A stretch of DNA of 64,000 nucleotides, taken from IMG/VR virus record IMGVR_UViG_3300049001_000044, positions 279,230-343,229 of that record. One strand, given 5' to 3'. The position numbers were made by a program, and so were the translations under genes. Positions 1 through 9,311 of the stretch are shown piece after piece. Each line of letters opens with the position of its first letter. The stretch's first letter is position 1. The notes beneath the pieces are model-generated. The model was given only the letters and a program-made list of their open reading frames with translations, was not told the DNA's origin and did not search any database.

Positions 1-3000
1 GCTGGTGCAGCTGCTTGCGCTGCCATCGCAGGGCCGGCTTCTGTCACCTTACGACGCTCAAACTGCGCGCACCAACGGTCAAATGCTTTTTGCAGTTTTG
101 GTTGACCTGACGCAACGTCTTCTGGATCAAGATCGAGCGCAGGGAGAACATAGATCGTGTTGCCCTTGACGGTGATTGAATCAACGGTTACAACGGTTTG
201 ATTTTGAATAAAGCTGTCGTCACCCTCTTCTTCACCAAAGATCGCGTCTTCTTTCTTAGCCGCACTTAGTGCACGCAGTTTCGATGCTGTTGCGGGGATT
301 TCGATCCTATACTTAACATTCTTCACCGCTTCCTTCAGATCACCGGTAACGGCGTCAATGCCCAGCTGCTCAGCGACCATCTTCAGGTACTGACGAATCT
401 TGGCGTTGGAGTTAGCGAGCTTAGCACGTGAACGCAGAGCAGTGCGGAGGGTAGCACGACCCAGACGCTCGACCGATTCTGGCAGACCAACCTTCTGCAT
501 GATTTCCAGAATCATCTTCTGCATTGCATTGCCCAGCTCATCGTGCAGGGTTGCTTCTTGCGGGCTGGTGTTCGCCTTCATCAGTTCTTCAGTCAGGCGA
601 TTAACCCAATTACGGAACTGGCTGTCCTTCAGGAACTTGTCCGAAGCTTCAGCGACCGACTTGCGAAGGTCTGCCTTCTTCAAAGTCATGGCTTCGATTG
701 GTGCGCCGAGCAGGTACAGCAGAACGACCATTGCCTTCGACCCGCGGTTAGGGAACGACTGCAGCAGTTTGGTTACTTCAGCAGGAAGAGTTGCGGCTTC
801 AGCGGCCGATTGAACTTCCTCTTTGTCTTCTACTTTCTTTGGAGCTTTCTTTTCGGTAAGAAGCTTCGATTTGAACTGTTGTCCGAATGTCATGTTGTGG
901 GACTCCTCTGTCTTTTTGGGTTTGGTGGCATTTTCTTCATCATCGTCTTCTTCCTCTTCATCGTCGGTGCCAGATGGTGGTGGTGGTGGTGTTTCGTCAT
1001 CATCGCCCTCTTCAGGAGGAGTGTCATCATCGCTTGGTGCTGCAACTTCACCGCCTACGACTTCATCATCGTTGTCAGTGTCGTCAGTCGTATCGTCGAG
1101 TTCAGATGTGGTGTCATCCGACGAAACGGCGTCTGGATTATCTACCTCGTCCGGCGTGGTGTCAGCGGCAGGTTGATCTTGGACATCAATGTTGTCGTCG
1201 TCGCCAGGTGAACCGCCTTCATCATCGTCGTCAGAAAAGACCGTGGTGTCGATACCAGAATCAGTGGTCTCGCCTGCCGGCTCAGGAGTTGACTCGTAGT
1301 CTTCTTCCTCTTCTTCCTCTTCCTCGCCATTCTGTTTGATGTCGCCCAAGTTGATGACTGGGTTAACTGAAGGGGTAATATCGGTGTTCGTGTCGGTAAC
1401 CTCTGCGCTGGCATTGGCGTCACTAGCTACTGGATCGCTAGAACCCTCGACGCCGGTTTCAGCATCAACGCCAACTGGGGTTTCACCAGTCGACTGGAAA
1501 TTCTGTGGCCATTCAACGTCAACGATGTCAAAGGTCATTGCCAGATCGTTGATCGCTTCTTCAGCATCGTCGGTCTCACCAAGTTTCTGCGACAGAGCGT
1601 CTTCAAAGCCGTCGGCTTGGGTGGCATTGACGTAGACCTTTGCGATCGAGCCATCATCCATCTCCAGACCGAAAGCAACGGTGTCAACCTCATCGTTTAA
1701 CTCGTGCGCCTTGTCAAGGTAGCGAGTAACGTCCGCGTCAGTCACGTTGTCACCAACGCTTGCGTTGTTTCTCAGCTGTTTGAACTCGACATCGTTCTGG
1801 GCGCTAACCGTATCATCGACGTCAGTAGCATTTTGGTTCATGACGTCGAACTCTACCAACTGCAGAAGAGATTCATTTACGCCAGGCTTTGCGAATTTCT
1901 TCTTCACGACGAAGGTTCGCTTACGCTTGACAATGTTCTTTCCAGACCCGATTGATTGTGGAAGCGGTGCGATAGCATCCGCTCCTGTTGTTGCTGGCTG
2001 CTGCGGAACGACACCAGCGGGAACACCGCTTGGTGCAACGTCTTCCTCGCTCAATGCCTTCAGCAAGCTGAATGATTCTTTCACTTTATCGCTCCCTTTG
2101 AAAAGCGATTGGATAGTTCTACCGTACAGCGACATGATGAGTTCAGCCGGGGTCTCCGACTTATCAACAGCCTGATCAATCAAGTTGATGTCGCGCTTAA
2201 TCTCTGCGAATGCAGTGAGGGTGCGCTTGATCACGGTAGGGGACAGTCCGATCTCTCTCCCAGTCTTTAACTTTAGTTTGTAGGTGTCAGCTTCAGCCTT
2301 GAACTTGTCAACGATCTCATCTACTTCTTCGATCGTATTCTGCAGAATGGCTGAAACCTTTTGGCGCATCGCTGGGAAACTCTGGATGTGAGTCACCTTT
2401 GCGATATTTTCGGCGGTCTCTTGGGGAGTCGCGCCTTTGAACTTAGCGATGGTCTTTCGTGCGGACGAAGACACCGCCAATTCTCGGATGCCCAGCAAAC
2501 GGGCAATACGAATCTTTGCTTGACCAAATGCACCACCTCGCTTATCTAGTGGGGCGTCTTGATCGTCAGTAACAACCGGTCCACTCGCTACATCGCGAAT
2601 GGAATTGTTGAAGCTATTAAGTGCAGTGAACACGTCGCGATCAACCAACTTCACTTGGTCGCCGGTGTCGGGATCACGAAGTATCACACCTTCAACGCCG
2701 GTGTCTTCGCTTGGATCCAGCTCGTCTGCTTGGAGTTGTGGCTTGATCTTCCTGACGTAGTTGTTCAGTAGGATTTCCTTGATGGGCAGCTTATAAGTCT
2801 GAAGGATGACGCTAAGGATTCGCTCCCTTTCCGCCTTCATCTTCTCCCTACCTGCCTTCTCAACACTACCTAGCTTAACCTCTGCGACCTCTTTGTTGGT
2901 CATATCAGAGTACGTGGCGTTTGACTTGCGTAGGAACTTTTCCAGCTCCTTCAACTTCTTCAGTGCGTCGGCGGTGTTCACCTTCGAATTGTCGACTGGG

Positions 3001-3557
3001 CGAACCTGCGTAAACTCCCACTGCAACTGTTCCTCGTTGTATTGGAGTTGGTCACCATCAGGTGAATCAACTACCGTAGAGGTGACGTTGACAATGGTGT
3101 TGTCTAGGCGATTGCCAAGAGCGTCAACCTTCTTTGAATCGGCAGTGATGGGACGAAGGATGACGATGTAATTCTTACCATCCATGTCATATGTGACGGT
3201 GTTCGGTTGACGACCGAAGAGAACTTCAATCTCGACGATATCACCAACAGCGAGAACCTTGAGGATGGTTTTCTTAACCTGTTCCAGGGCTAGGTGAGCA
3301 GCGCGGAATCCATTGAAGGCAGCGATAACTGGATAGTCGTCTACGGAGTAGAATCTACCGTTGCGCTTACCCTTACCTTCTCGCGAAGTGAAGAAGCCCT
3401 TCTCATCGACGCCGATCCATAGATTCGCGCCATCGAGCTTCTCAGTAGCAACCTTGCTCTTGAGATTCTCTACGGTGTCGATAAATTTTTCTAGTGGCAG
3501 ATCCTCGAGATGGGCGATGCCCTCTCTGATCACTTCGCCTTTTTGAATTCTGCTCAT
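1..3557 (-). CDS. Very large (>1185 aa, 3'-truncated by window) putative head-packaged polyprotein: N-terminal ligase-type nucleotidyltransferase domain, long Asp/Glu-rich linker, helical domains
   Basis: Manual translation from ATG 3557 (MSRIQKGEVIREG) stays open to base 1; it is absent from the ORF track because no stop lies in the window. Motifs ATEKLDGANL (I), VEGVILRD (IV), VKLVD (V). Recurrent [LVI]-x-E-[S/A] sites. Confidence 0.8.
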   Translation of the reverse strand, partial: MSRIQKGEVIREGIAHLEDLPLEKFIDTVENLKSKVATEKLDGANLWIGVDEKGFFTSREGKGKRNGRFYSVDDYPVIAAFNGFRAAHLALEQVKKTILKVLAVGDIVEIEVLFGRQPNTVTYDMDGKNYIVILRPITADSKKVDALGNRLDNTIVNVTSTVVDSPDGDQLQYNEEQLQWEFTQVRPVDNSKVNTADALKKLKELEKFLRKSNATYSDMTNKEVAEVKLGSVEKAGREKMKAERERILSVILQTYKLPIKEILLNNYVRKIKPQLQADELDPSEDTGVEGVILRDPDTGDQVKLVDRDVFTALNSFNNSIRDVASGPVVTDDQDAPLDKRGGAFGQAKIRIARLLGIRELAVSSSARKTIAKFKGATPQETAENIAKVTHIQSFPAMRQKVSAILQNTIEEVDEIVDKFKAEADTYKLKLKTGREIGLSPTVIKRTLTAFAEIKRDINLIDQAVDKSETPAELIMSLYGRTIQSLFKGSDKVKESFSLLKALSEEDVAPSGVPAGVVPQQPATTGADAIAPLPQSIGSGKNIVKRKRTFVVKKKFAKPGVNESLLQLVEFDVMNQNATDVDDTVSAQNDVEFKQLRNNASVGDNVTDADVTRYLDKAHELNDEVDTVAFGLEMDDGSIAKVYVNATQADGFEDALSQKLGETDDAEEAINDLAMTFDIVDVEWPQNFQSTGETPVGVDAETGVEGSSDPVASDANASAEVTDTNTDITPSVNPVINLGDIKQNGEEEEEEEEDYESTPEPAGETTDSGIDTTVFSDDDDEGGSPGDDDNIDVQDQPAADTTPDEVDNPDAVSSDDTTSELDDTTDDTDNDDEVVGGEVAAPSDDDTPPEEGDDDETPPPPPSGTDDEEEEDDDEENATKPKKTEESHNMTFGQQFKSKLLTEKKAPKKVEDKEEVQSAAEAATLPAEVTKLLQSFPNRGSKAMVVLLYLLGAPIEAMTLKKADLRKSVAEASDKFLKDSQFRNWVNRLTEELMKANTSPQEATLHDELGNAMQKMILEIMQKVGLPESVERLGRATLRTALRSRAKLANSNAKIRQYLKMVAEQLGIDAVTGDLKEAVKNVKYRIEIPATASKLRALSAAKKEDAIFGEEEGDDSFIQNQTVVTVDSITVKGNTIYVLPALDLDPEDVASGQPKLQKAFDRWCAQFERRKVTEAGPAMAAQAAAP

Positions 3558-3582
3558 AATCTGGTATGTGTATTCAACGGGT

Positions 3583-3590
3583 TATTTATT
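3583..3590 (-). promoter_or_regulatory. T4-type late promoter-like site (AATAAATA)
   Basis: NTAAATA box ~25 nt upstream of ATG 3557. Confidence 0.55.
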
Positions 3591-3636
3591 GACCGAACCA
3601 GTCTAGCGGAAATGAGGAGCCGAAGCTCCCCACCTC

Positions 3637-3846
3637 TTACGATCCCAACTCTTGCTTGACGATCGCAGCCAGCTCCATGTCGATCTGTCGAATAGCTGCT
3701 TCAGTCTTCAAGGCGGCTTCCCTTTCCTTCTCCAACTCAACCTGCCATCGATGCCGAAGAGCGACCAAGTCCTGCACTTGCTCACTGAACTTGGAGAGTG
3801 AGTAGCTGGTGTCGTCGATGATGATCTCAGAAATTTGTTGAACCAT
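3637..3846 (-). CDS. Small coiled-coil hypothetical protein
   Basis: 69-aa ORF abutting the helicase stop. Confidence 0.6.
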   Translation of the reverse strand: MVQQISEIIIDDTSYSLSKFSEQVQDLVALRHRWQVELEKEREAALKTEAAIRQIDMELAAIVKQELGS

Positions 3847-3847
3847 C

Positions 3848-5185
3848 TTAACCTCCCGTTTGGAACAAGTTCATTACGTCGTTACCCTTCTTCTGTCCGC
3901 CAATCGCGATCGGTGTTTCAGGGATAACGACTTGACGCTTACCAGGAACCTTCAGCTCTTGCTTCTTGCCAGCCCTCGAAGAAACAACCAGCGATACTGG
4001 ATCCCAACCAAGTCGTACGCTTGCACCAACACCGCCAGAGTTACGGGACTTCAAGATGTCGTACTGGATTTCGCCTTGCGACCGCATCAGATCATCTTGC
4101 TTGATACCAATCACGTAGTCAGAAGTGTTGATCTTGGAGATACCACCCTGAATGTGCGATTGATTCAGCTTCTCTGCTTCGATAGCTGCACGACCCAGCT
4201 GAGCTGCAGAAACCATGATGCAGTTGTAGTCAAAGCCCAGCGAACGAATCTCCTCTGTGACGTACTTATCCTTGATGAAGAGATTGTCAAGGGAGATGTT
4301 GTGAGTGGTGCCCATGATGTCGATGTAGTCGACGATGATGAAGTCAGGACGGAAACCATTCGCTTGTTCCAACTGTTGGAGATAAGCTTGGATGGTGTGG
4401 ATGTTGGTACGATTCTCTGCAAATCGCTTCACGAAGAATCTTCCGTAGCCCTTTGCACCAGCTTTCTCAACCGCTGCTGCGACCTTGTGCATGTTCTTCA
4501 GCAGATCAGCCTGGCTGATCGCGGACACCATCGAGTCTAGACGTTTCGTCACCACGCCTTCGGCCATCTCCAATGTGATGTAGATGCCGTTAAGACCTTG
4601 CTTCAGGAAGTTGTGGGCCAAGTTCAACATGTTCATCGACTTACCACCGCCTGAGTTAGCGAGGAACGTGATGAGTTCTTGTCGAGCCAGACCGCCACCG
4701 ATCAGCTCGTCAATCTCTGGAAGACCAGTGCTGATGCGTGATTGCGTCTGCAAAGTTGCTTCAAGACGAGCGGTTGGATCGGCGAAGTAATCGATACCAA
4801 TGTCCTTCTGCAGGCCAGTGGTAATGGCGTTCTTCAAGTTCTCAATAATGGCGCCCATGTCACCCTTCTTCAAGAGCTCTGGGCCAGCCAAGATCGCTTC
4901 AGTCACCGCACTATCGCGGCAGAACTTTTCGATCTCTTCACTGATGTATGTTGTCTCTGCACGAGAGATGACGCCAACATCATCCAACAGTTGGCCAGTT
5001 TCGGCACGGATGATTTGGATCTTTGGTACGTCTTTGTATTGGTTGAAGTAGTCGCTGAGGAACTTGACGGTCTTCTTCAGCGATGGGTCAAAATAGCTGG
5101 GCTTCAGGAGACCGGCAGTCAGTGCCATGAGGTCTCGGTTTGCGCACAGCGCGGAGAGGATCAGTCTTTGCTTTTCAATATCCAT
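3848..5185 (-). CDS. Replicative DNA helicase (T4 gp41/DnaB-like)
   Basis: Walker A ANSGGGKS, YITLEM, Walker B IIVDYID, KSRN; next to primase. Confidence 0.92.
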   Translation of the reverse strand: MDIEKQRLILSALCANRDLMALTAGLLKPSYFDPSLKKTVKFLSDYFNQYKDVPKIQIIRAETGQLLDDVGVISRAETTYISEEIEKFCRDSAVTEAILAGPELLKKGDMGAIIENLKNAITTGLQKDIGIDYFADPTARLEATLQTQSRISTGLPEIDELIGGGLARQELITFLANSGGGKSMNMLNLAHNFLKQGLNGIYITLEMAEGVVTKRLDSMVSAISQADLLKNMHKVAAAVEKAGAKGYGRFFVKRFAENRTNIHTIQAYLQQLEQANGFRPDFIIVDYIDIMGTTHNISLDNLFIKDKYVTEEIRSLGFDYNCIMVSAAQLGRAAIEAEKLNQSHIQGGISKINTSDYVIGIKQDDLMRSQGEIQYDILKSRNSGGVGASVRLGWDPVSLVVSSRAGKKQELKVPGKRQVVIPETPIAIGGQKKGNDVMNLFQTGG

Positions 5186-5194
5186 GTTTTACCT

Positions 5195-5455
5195 TTAGTT
5201 GTCTTCGTCTCGCCACATAGCTCTGTTGCAGAGCTCTTTGTATGTAATGTTCTCTCGCTTCATGGCATGTTCAAGGAGCGCATTCAGTTGCTCCAACAAG
5301 TTGTATGAAACGAGTGGCCACTCCCTGCTCATGATGGTGATCTCGTCGTGGATACGAAACACCTCCATCACAGGAGAATCAACCGTGAGCTTGGAGATGT
5401 GAGTGTAGAGAGTGTCGTCGTTTACTTCGTGTCGTTGAAAGATCAGTCGTCTCAT
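5195..5455 (-). CDS. Hypothetical protein
   Basis: 86-aa ORF coupled between primase and helicase. Confidence 0.65.
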   Translation of the reverse strand: MRRLIFQRHEVNDDTLYTHISKLTVDSPVMEVFRIHDEITIMSREWPLVSYNLLEQLNALLEHAMKRENITYKELCNRAMWRDEDN

Positions 5456-6435
5456 TTGCAGTTGAAGGCGATGGCCAGCCTTGCTGAGGCTTCGTCAGCA
5501 GGGATGTTCTTGATGAGTTGTCGGGCTGTCCAGGAACGGCCAAAGCGTTGTACGGATTTGTTTAGATCGGCGGCTCCATCTGGAGCGAAGGTGATATCCC
5601 AGCCAGCTCGAATGACAGAGTCAGCAAAGCTGGCCCCGTTCTTGTCCTTGTCGATGACGAACACCAACCTACGGTTCGTCTTAGCAAGCAACTCCACTTT
5701 TGCTTCACTGAGCTTGCTGCCCAGCACTGCGATGCCGTTGAACATCATCGCATCGAAGATGCCCTCACATACGAGGAGAGGAGTTGGTGAGTAGCTTTGG
5801 AGCTGGTCGAAATTGAAGATGACCGCGTCGCGAGACACAATCGCGTTGTCGTACCGCTTCTTCTCATTTGGGTCGATGCTACGTGCTTGCCAGTAAATGA
5901 GATTGCCATTGCGATAGAAGGGGACAATCACTCGATCCTTCATGCGTGGATCGAGCGAGAAAAAGAATTGGTATTTGTCGAAGTCGATGCAGCGATTGAC
6001 GAGGTAATCGACGATGCGTTCTTGCAAGTCTAACCCTTCGTCTGTCTCACCAAGCTTGAAGGACTTCAGTGGGAGTTTAACCGGAGGAGTGGCGGTGTTC
6101 ACCTTCTGCAGTGCGCCTAAGGTGATCTTGCCGGTCTCCTCCTTCTTGTTGAAGAACGCCGAGTTGACTACAGAACTGATGGAGGAGTCGTCGACGCCGA
6201 ACGCATTCAAAATGCGTCGCATGCTCTTACTCATCTCACCACTGTACTCCTCGTACTTCCCTGTCTTACCACAGTTGAAGCACGAGTATCCTACAGCACC
6301 ACCGTCAAACTTGAATCCACCACGATCCTTGTAGTCATGGCAGAGGACACACTTGCAAGTGTACCAGCCAGTAGACGTCGGACGTAAGTTGATGGACTCG
6401 AGTATGAGGTCTTCGAGTTTCTGTTGTTTAATCAA
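5452..6435 (-). CDS. DNA primase (T4 gp61-like), TTG start
   Basis: Zn finger CVLC...CFNC; TOPRIM motifs VCEGIFDA and IDKDKNG. Confidence 0.92.
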   Translation of the reverse strand: MIKQQKLEDLILESINLRPTSTGWYTCKCVLCHDYKDRGGFKFDGGAVGYSCFNCGKTGKYEEYSGEMSKSMRRILNAFGVDDSSISSVVNSAFFNKKEETGKITLGALQKVNTATPPVKLPLKSFKLGETDEGLDLQERIVDYLVNRCIDFDKYQFFFSLDPRMKDRVIVPFYRNGNLIYWQARSIDPNEKKRYDNAIVSRDAVIFNFDQLQSYSPTPLLVCEGIFDAMMFNGIAVLGSKLSEAKVELLAKTNRRLVFVIDKDKNGASFADSVIRAGWDITFAPDGAADLNKSVQRFGRSWTARQLIKNIPADEASARLAIAFNCK

Positions 6436-6480
6436 GATGAGGACAGAATTAAGAGGTTAACGCTGTCCTCCAAAACCAAC

Positions 6481-7107
6481 TTATAGTCGGTCAGACTCTA
6501 GCGATTTGATGTTCTTCAAGACGCTAATCGTGTAACGATTAGTGCGGGGATTTTTGGATTTGGCACCGTGAGGACCTAAGTTAAATGCTAGTGCCAACTT
6601 AGCTATTGTAACATAGCCTAGCCGGCTTAAAACTAGCGTGTACTTAGACGCGACTGATGCATTGAATCGTTCGTCATTCTTCAACTTGGAGATGACCTCC
6701 TTATCCGACTTTCCGCGGAAGCCAAATTCTTCCCAGAGAGATGGATAAGCCCGCAGAGCTTCACGCGCCGCGACCAATTTGATTTGAAAGATTCCGTAGC
6801 AATCACTTCCTTTACGGAGCTTGGTTTCCCCAGCATTGGTTTCCTGCAAGAGGAGACCTTGAAGAAGCTGCGGGTGTTCATGCCCATCGTCCTTCGCTAC
6901 TTGGTAGACCATCGTGAGCAGCTTGGCCTGGTGTTCGCTAAAACGTTTGGACAGGTTCAAAGAAAATCCATCAGGAACGACGGTCTCAGGTGCAACATCT
7001 GTGACAGGCGTAGTGGTGGACGCGATGACAGGAATCACAGTAAGTGAAGATGTGATTCCAAATGAAAGCGCTGCAACGAGCGCTAGAGCGGAATTGCTCC
7101 ATTTCAT
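6481..7107 (-). CDS. Lytic transglycosylase (SLT fold) with N-terminal signal/anchor
   Basis: LLQET catalytic Glu, YGIFQIK, LAFNLGP; hydrophobic N-terminus MKWSNSALALVAALSFG; RBS AAGGAG favours start at 7107. Confidence 0.8.
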   Translation of the reverse strand: MKWSNSALALVAALSFGITSSLTVIPVIASTTTPVTDVAPETVVPDGFSLNLSKRFSEHQAKLLTMVYQVAKDDGHEHPQLLQGLLLQETNAGETKLRKGSDCYGIFQIKLVAAREALRAYPSLWEEFGFRGKSDKEVISKLKNDERFNASVASKYTLVLSRLGYVTIAKLALAFNLGPHGAKSKNPRTNRYTISVLKNIKSLESDRL

Positions 7108-7142
7108 AGGTAAGGCTCCTTTCCTTGTGTCATAACACATAC

Positions 7143-7237
7143 GCTGGAGCTTACTAGAAGCGCCCAGAGGTGTTAGGACCGTTAAGATGATAGCTTCATC
7201 ATCATTAAGCAGCAGGACCTCTGGGAGGTCCTGCTGC
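7143..7237 (+). repeat. Dispersed ~90-bp intergenic element, copy E1
   Basis: Starts GCTGGAGCTTACTAGA (identical 16-mer to E5); ends in 12-bp perfect hairpin GCAGCAGGACCT-CTGGG-AGGTCCTGCTGC. Confidence 0.75.
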
Positions 7238-7342
7238 GAGGCGGTGGTCTACTTTCGATTTAGAGAGCAGAGCTTCGTTTTTATATTGCCCAGGTTGCAC
7301 GACCGAAGACTCCGACGGTCTCTGAGCTTGCTGCTTGACAGG

Positions 7343-7350
7343 TATTTATA
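7343..7350 (-). promoter_or_regulatory. Late promoter TATAAATA
   Basis: Exact T4 late consensus, ~235 nt upstream of transglycosylase start. Confidence 0.65.
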
Positions 7351-7367
7351 TGCTTTGCAGTGAGTAC

Positions 7368-7399
7368 ATTTTAACAAAATGATAACCTGGCGAAAACTG
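7368..7399 (-). promoter_or_regulatory. Early-type promoter CAGTTTTC-N18-TAAAAT
   Basis: Matches a motif repeated with identical spacing at about 10 intergenic sites. Confidence 0.65.
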
Positions 7400-7400
7400 C

Positions 7401-7428
7401 GCAAAATAAAAGGGCCCGAAGGCCCTTT
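7401..7428 (-). terminator. Rho-independent terminator
   Basis: AAAGGGCC-TTCG-GGCCCTTT followed by T-tract on minus strand. Confidence 0.8.
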
Positions 7429-7464
7429 GTAAACTGAGTGCTTAGGAGTTAGAACGACAGTATC

Positions 7465-8187
7465 TCATTCACCTTCGTAATCGGCGCGGGTACCACTGCG
7501 CCAGCTGCTGGTGTCTACGACGAAGTATTTGTCGTCACTTGGGATGTCTTGGCCTTCATCGTCTTCGGATCCAGTCACGTAGATGAGAACCGAATCTGCA
7601 TCTGGGCATTTAGCAATTTCGATGCCGTGAACGGTCTGTCCCTCAGCATCGAGGTAGTAGGTAACAGATTCAAAGCTACCCTGTTCCCAGTCAGAATTTT
7701 CAAGCATGTCCTTTTCATCTGGCTGTTCCTTGTAGAATGCATCCAGATGCTGCTGGAGATTTTTGCCCTCGTAGCTTGCACCAGCCGATTCGTTTAGGCC
7801 ATCTTCAGTGAGAAGCTTCTCCATTGCGGCCTCGATGTCTTTCGCTTCATCGCCTGTCAGTTCCTTGATGAGCGTGACTTCTGCCTGGTAAACAGCTTCA
7901 CCAGCCATGAGGTTGAAGTTGTCCTCATCGTCCTCGTCATGGTCACTCACCAGCTCGAAAGTAGCCCCGCCAATTGGGCGAAGGAGATGGTTGATTTCCT
8001 GCTCGATGTCTTCCCCGTGCTCGGGGAAGTCATAACGAACTCCCCACGTAATTCGATTACCTTCCACGTAAGGATCAGCCCCTTGAGCACCTCGTACGTC
8101 CAGCGTACGCTTGACCGCTTCCAAGATCAGTGCTTTGACGTCAGGCGCACCTTCTTTCAGTGCCATCAGTTCTTTGATCAGTTGCAT
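7465..8187 (-). CDS. Acidic putative internal head protein
   Basis: Leader MQLIKELMALKE|G; internal LLTE and LNES sites; very acidic. Confidence 0.7.
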   Translation of the reverse strand: MQLIKELMALKEGAPDVKALILEAVKRTLDVRGAQGADPYVEGNRITWGVRYDFPEHGEDIEQEINHLLRPIGGATFELVSDHDEDDEDNFNLMAGEAVYQAEVTLIKELTGDEAKDIEAAMEKLLTEDGLNESAGASYEGKNLQQHLDAFYKEQPDEKDMLENSDWEQGSFESVTYYLDAEGQTVHGIEIAKCPDADSVLIYVTGSEDDEGQDIPSDDKYFVVDTSSWRSGTRADYEGE

Positions 8188-8190
8188 TGG

Positions 8191-8793
8191 TTACTCCTCT
8201 TCTTCGTTGTGGAATGAATCTTCGGATGGTGGAAAGCTGAGATGCACCGCATAGCCGCCATCCTCCATACCCTCGTCATCGGGGATGCCGTCCATGAGGG
8301 ATAATTCCGTGTCACCGTGCATGGCAATCATGTCATTAAACCACGAATGGAAATGTTCCATCTTAGTTTTTCCTTCTGCCTCGGTGACAGCACGGACCCA
8401 CAGGTGCGCTTCACGCTCTTCAGGGTCTTCGAAGTCGATAGAGATTACTGCATCACCGGATTCATGCTCAACGTACATATCCCCTCCAGGATGAGATTCA
8501 TTCACTGACTCAGTAGTCATCGCCTCGACTTTCGTCTTGAACTTCTGCAGGCTGGTCGAATACACTGGACGATTCTTGTCACCATCCATGTCCTCATCAA
8601 TATCAGAGAGGAAGTACACCAGGTCATCTTCGATTTTCTGCACGCGGAGAATATCGCCAGCTTGATGGCCTGCGTTGATACGACCTTGGTCGTACGCGCT
8701 CGCAATGAAATTCTTGGTGACTGTATAAAGGCTACCCTCTTTGATACTCGCGCTGGCCTCAGATAGGGCCAAAAGTTGTTTCAACAGTTCCAT
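8191..8793 (-). CDS. Acidic putative internal head protein
   Basis: Leader MELLKQLLALSE|A; internal TTESVNES. Confidence 0.7.
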   Translation of the reverse strand: MELLKQLLALSEASASIKEGSLYTVTKNFIASAYDQGRINAGHQAGDILRVQKIEDDLVYFLSDIDEDMDGDKNRPVYSTSLQKFKTKVEAMTTESVNESHPGGDMYVEHESGDAVISIDFEDPEEREAHLWVRAVTEAEGKTKMEHFHSWFNDMIAMHGDTELSLMDGIPDDEGMEDGGYAVHLSFPPSEDSFHNEEEE

Positions 8794-8807
8794 ACTTACT
8801 CCTGTTT

Positions 8808-9065
8808 TTAGATTGGAATTTGTAGCATCGTACCAACTTTCATCTCTTCAATGCTCAGGATAACGGTTTTCATTCTTGTAATCTCATCTCTGTCAGACAA
8901 TAATTCTTCTGCATGCGATTCAGAATTGGCAATCACTACGTAGAATTCATCATAGCCCTTATGACCAGGATTTTTGTTATCTCTACGGAATTTAACGTAG
9001 TATGCTTTCGACGTGCCAGCTTTACGACTTGCACTTTCCCTCATAAGTTCTCTCATTAGTTCCAT
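8808..9065 (-). CDS. Small putative internal head protein
   Basis: GGAGG RBS then MELMRELMRE|S (start 9065). Confidence 0.65.
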   Translation of the reverse strand: MELMRELMRESASRKAGTSKAYYVKFRRDNKNPGHKGYDEFYVVIANSESHAEELLSDRDEITRMKTVILSIEEMKVGTMLQIPI

Positions 9066-9128
9066 ATTTCCTCCAAACAACCAGTGTTAATTAAATTATA
9101 CACTGACTTCAGTAGTTTTATACGTGAT

Positions 9129-9311
9129 TTAGCTCGGCATATTAGCTTTAGTCTCTTCTGAATGCTTCTTCCCCATTCTCGCGAGAGCAATATTTCTCCT
9201 GGCTTCCTCACTAATTGGCTTGCGAGGCTTCCTAGGCTTTGCGCTTCTTTCAAAGCTTTGTACGGCGCGACTCCATGAATTAACTCCTATAGAGTCGTGC
9301 TGTTTTGTACC
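9129..9311 (-). pseudogene. Homing-endonuclease remnant carrying NUMOD3-like motifs
   Basis: Frame reads RKPISEEARRNIALARMGKKHSEETKANM; the RBS+ATG at 9276 is out of frame and closes after 8 codons. Confidence 0.6.

Noticed and set aside
900-1340. TCATCG/TCTTCC-type short tandem repeats
   Set aside because: They encode the Asp/Glu-rich linker of the large ORF; not a CRISPR or iteron array.
8085-8093. GAGCACCTC half-site inside a coding region
   Set aside because: Isolated 9-mer without the GCTTAC or CTACA motifs at the expected offsets; likely chance.
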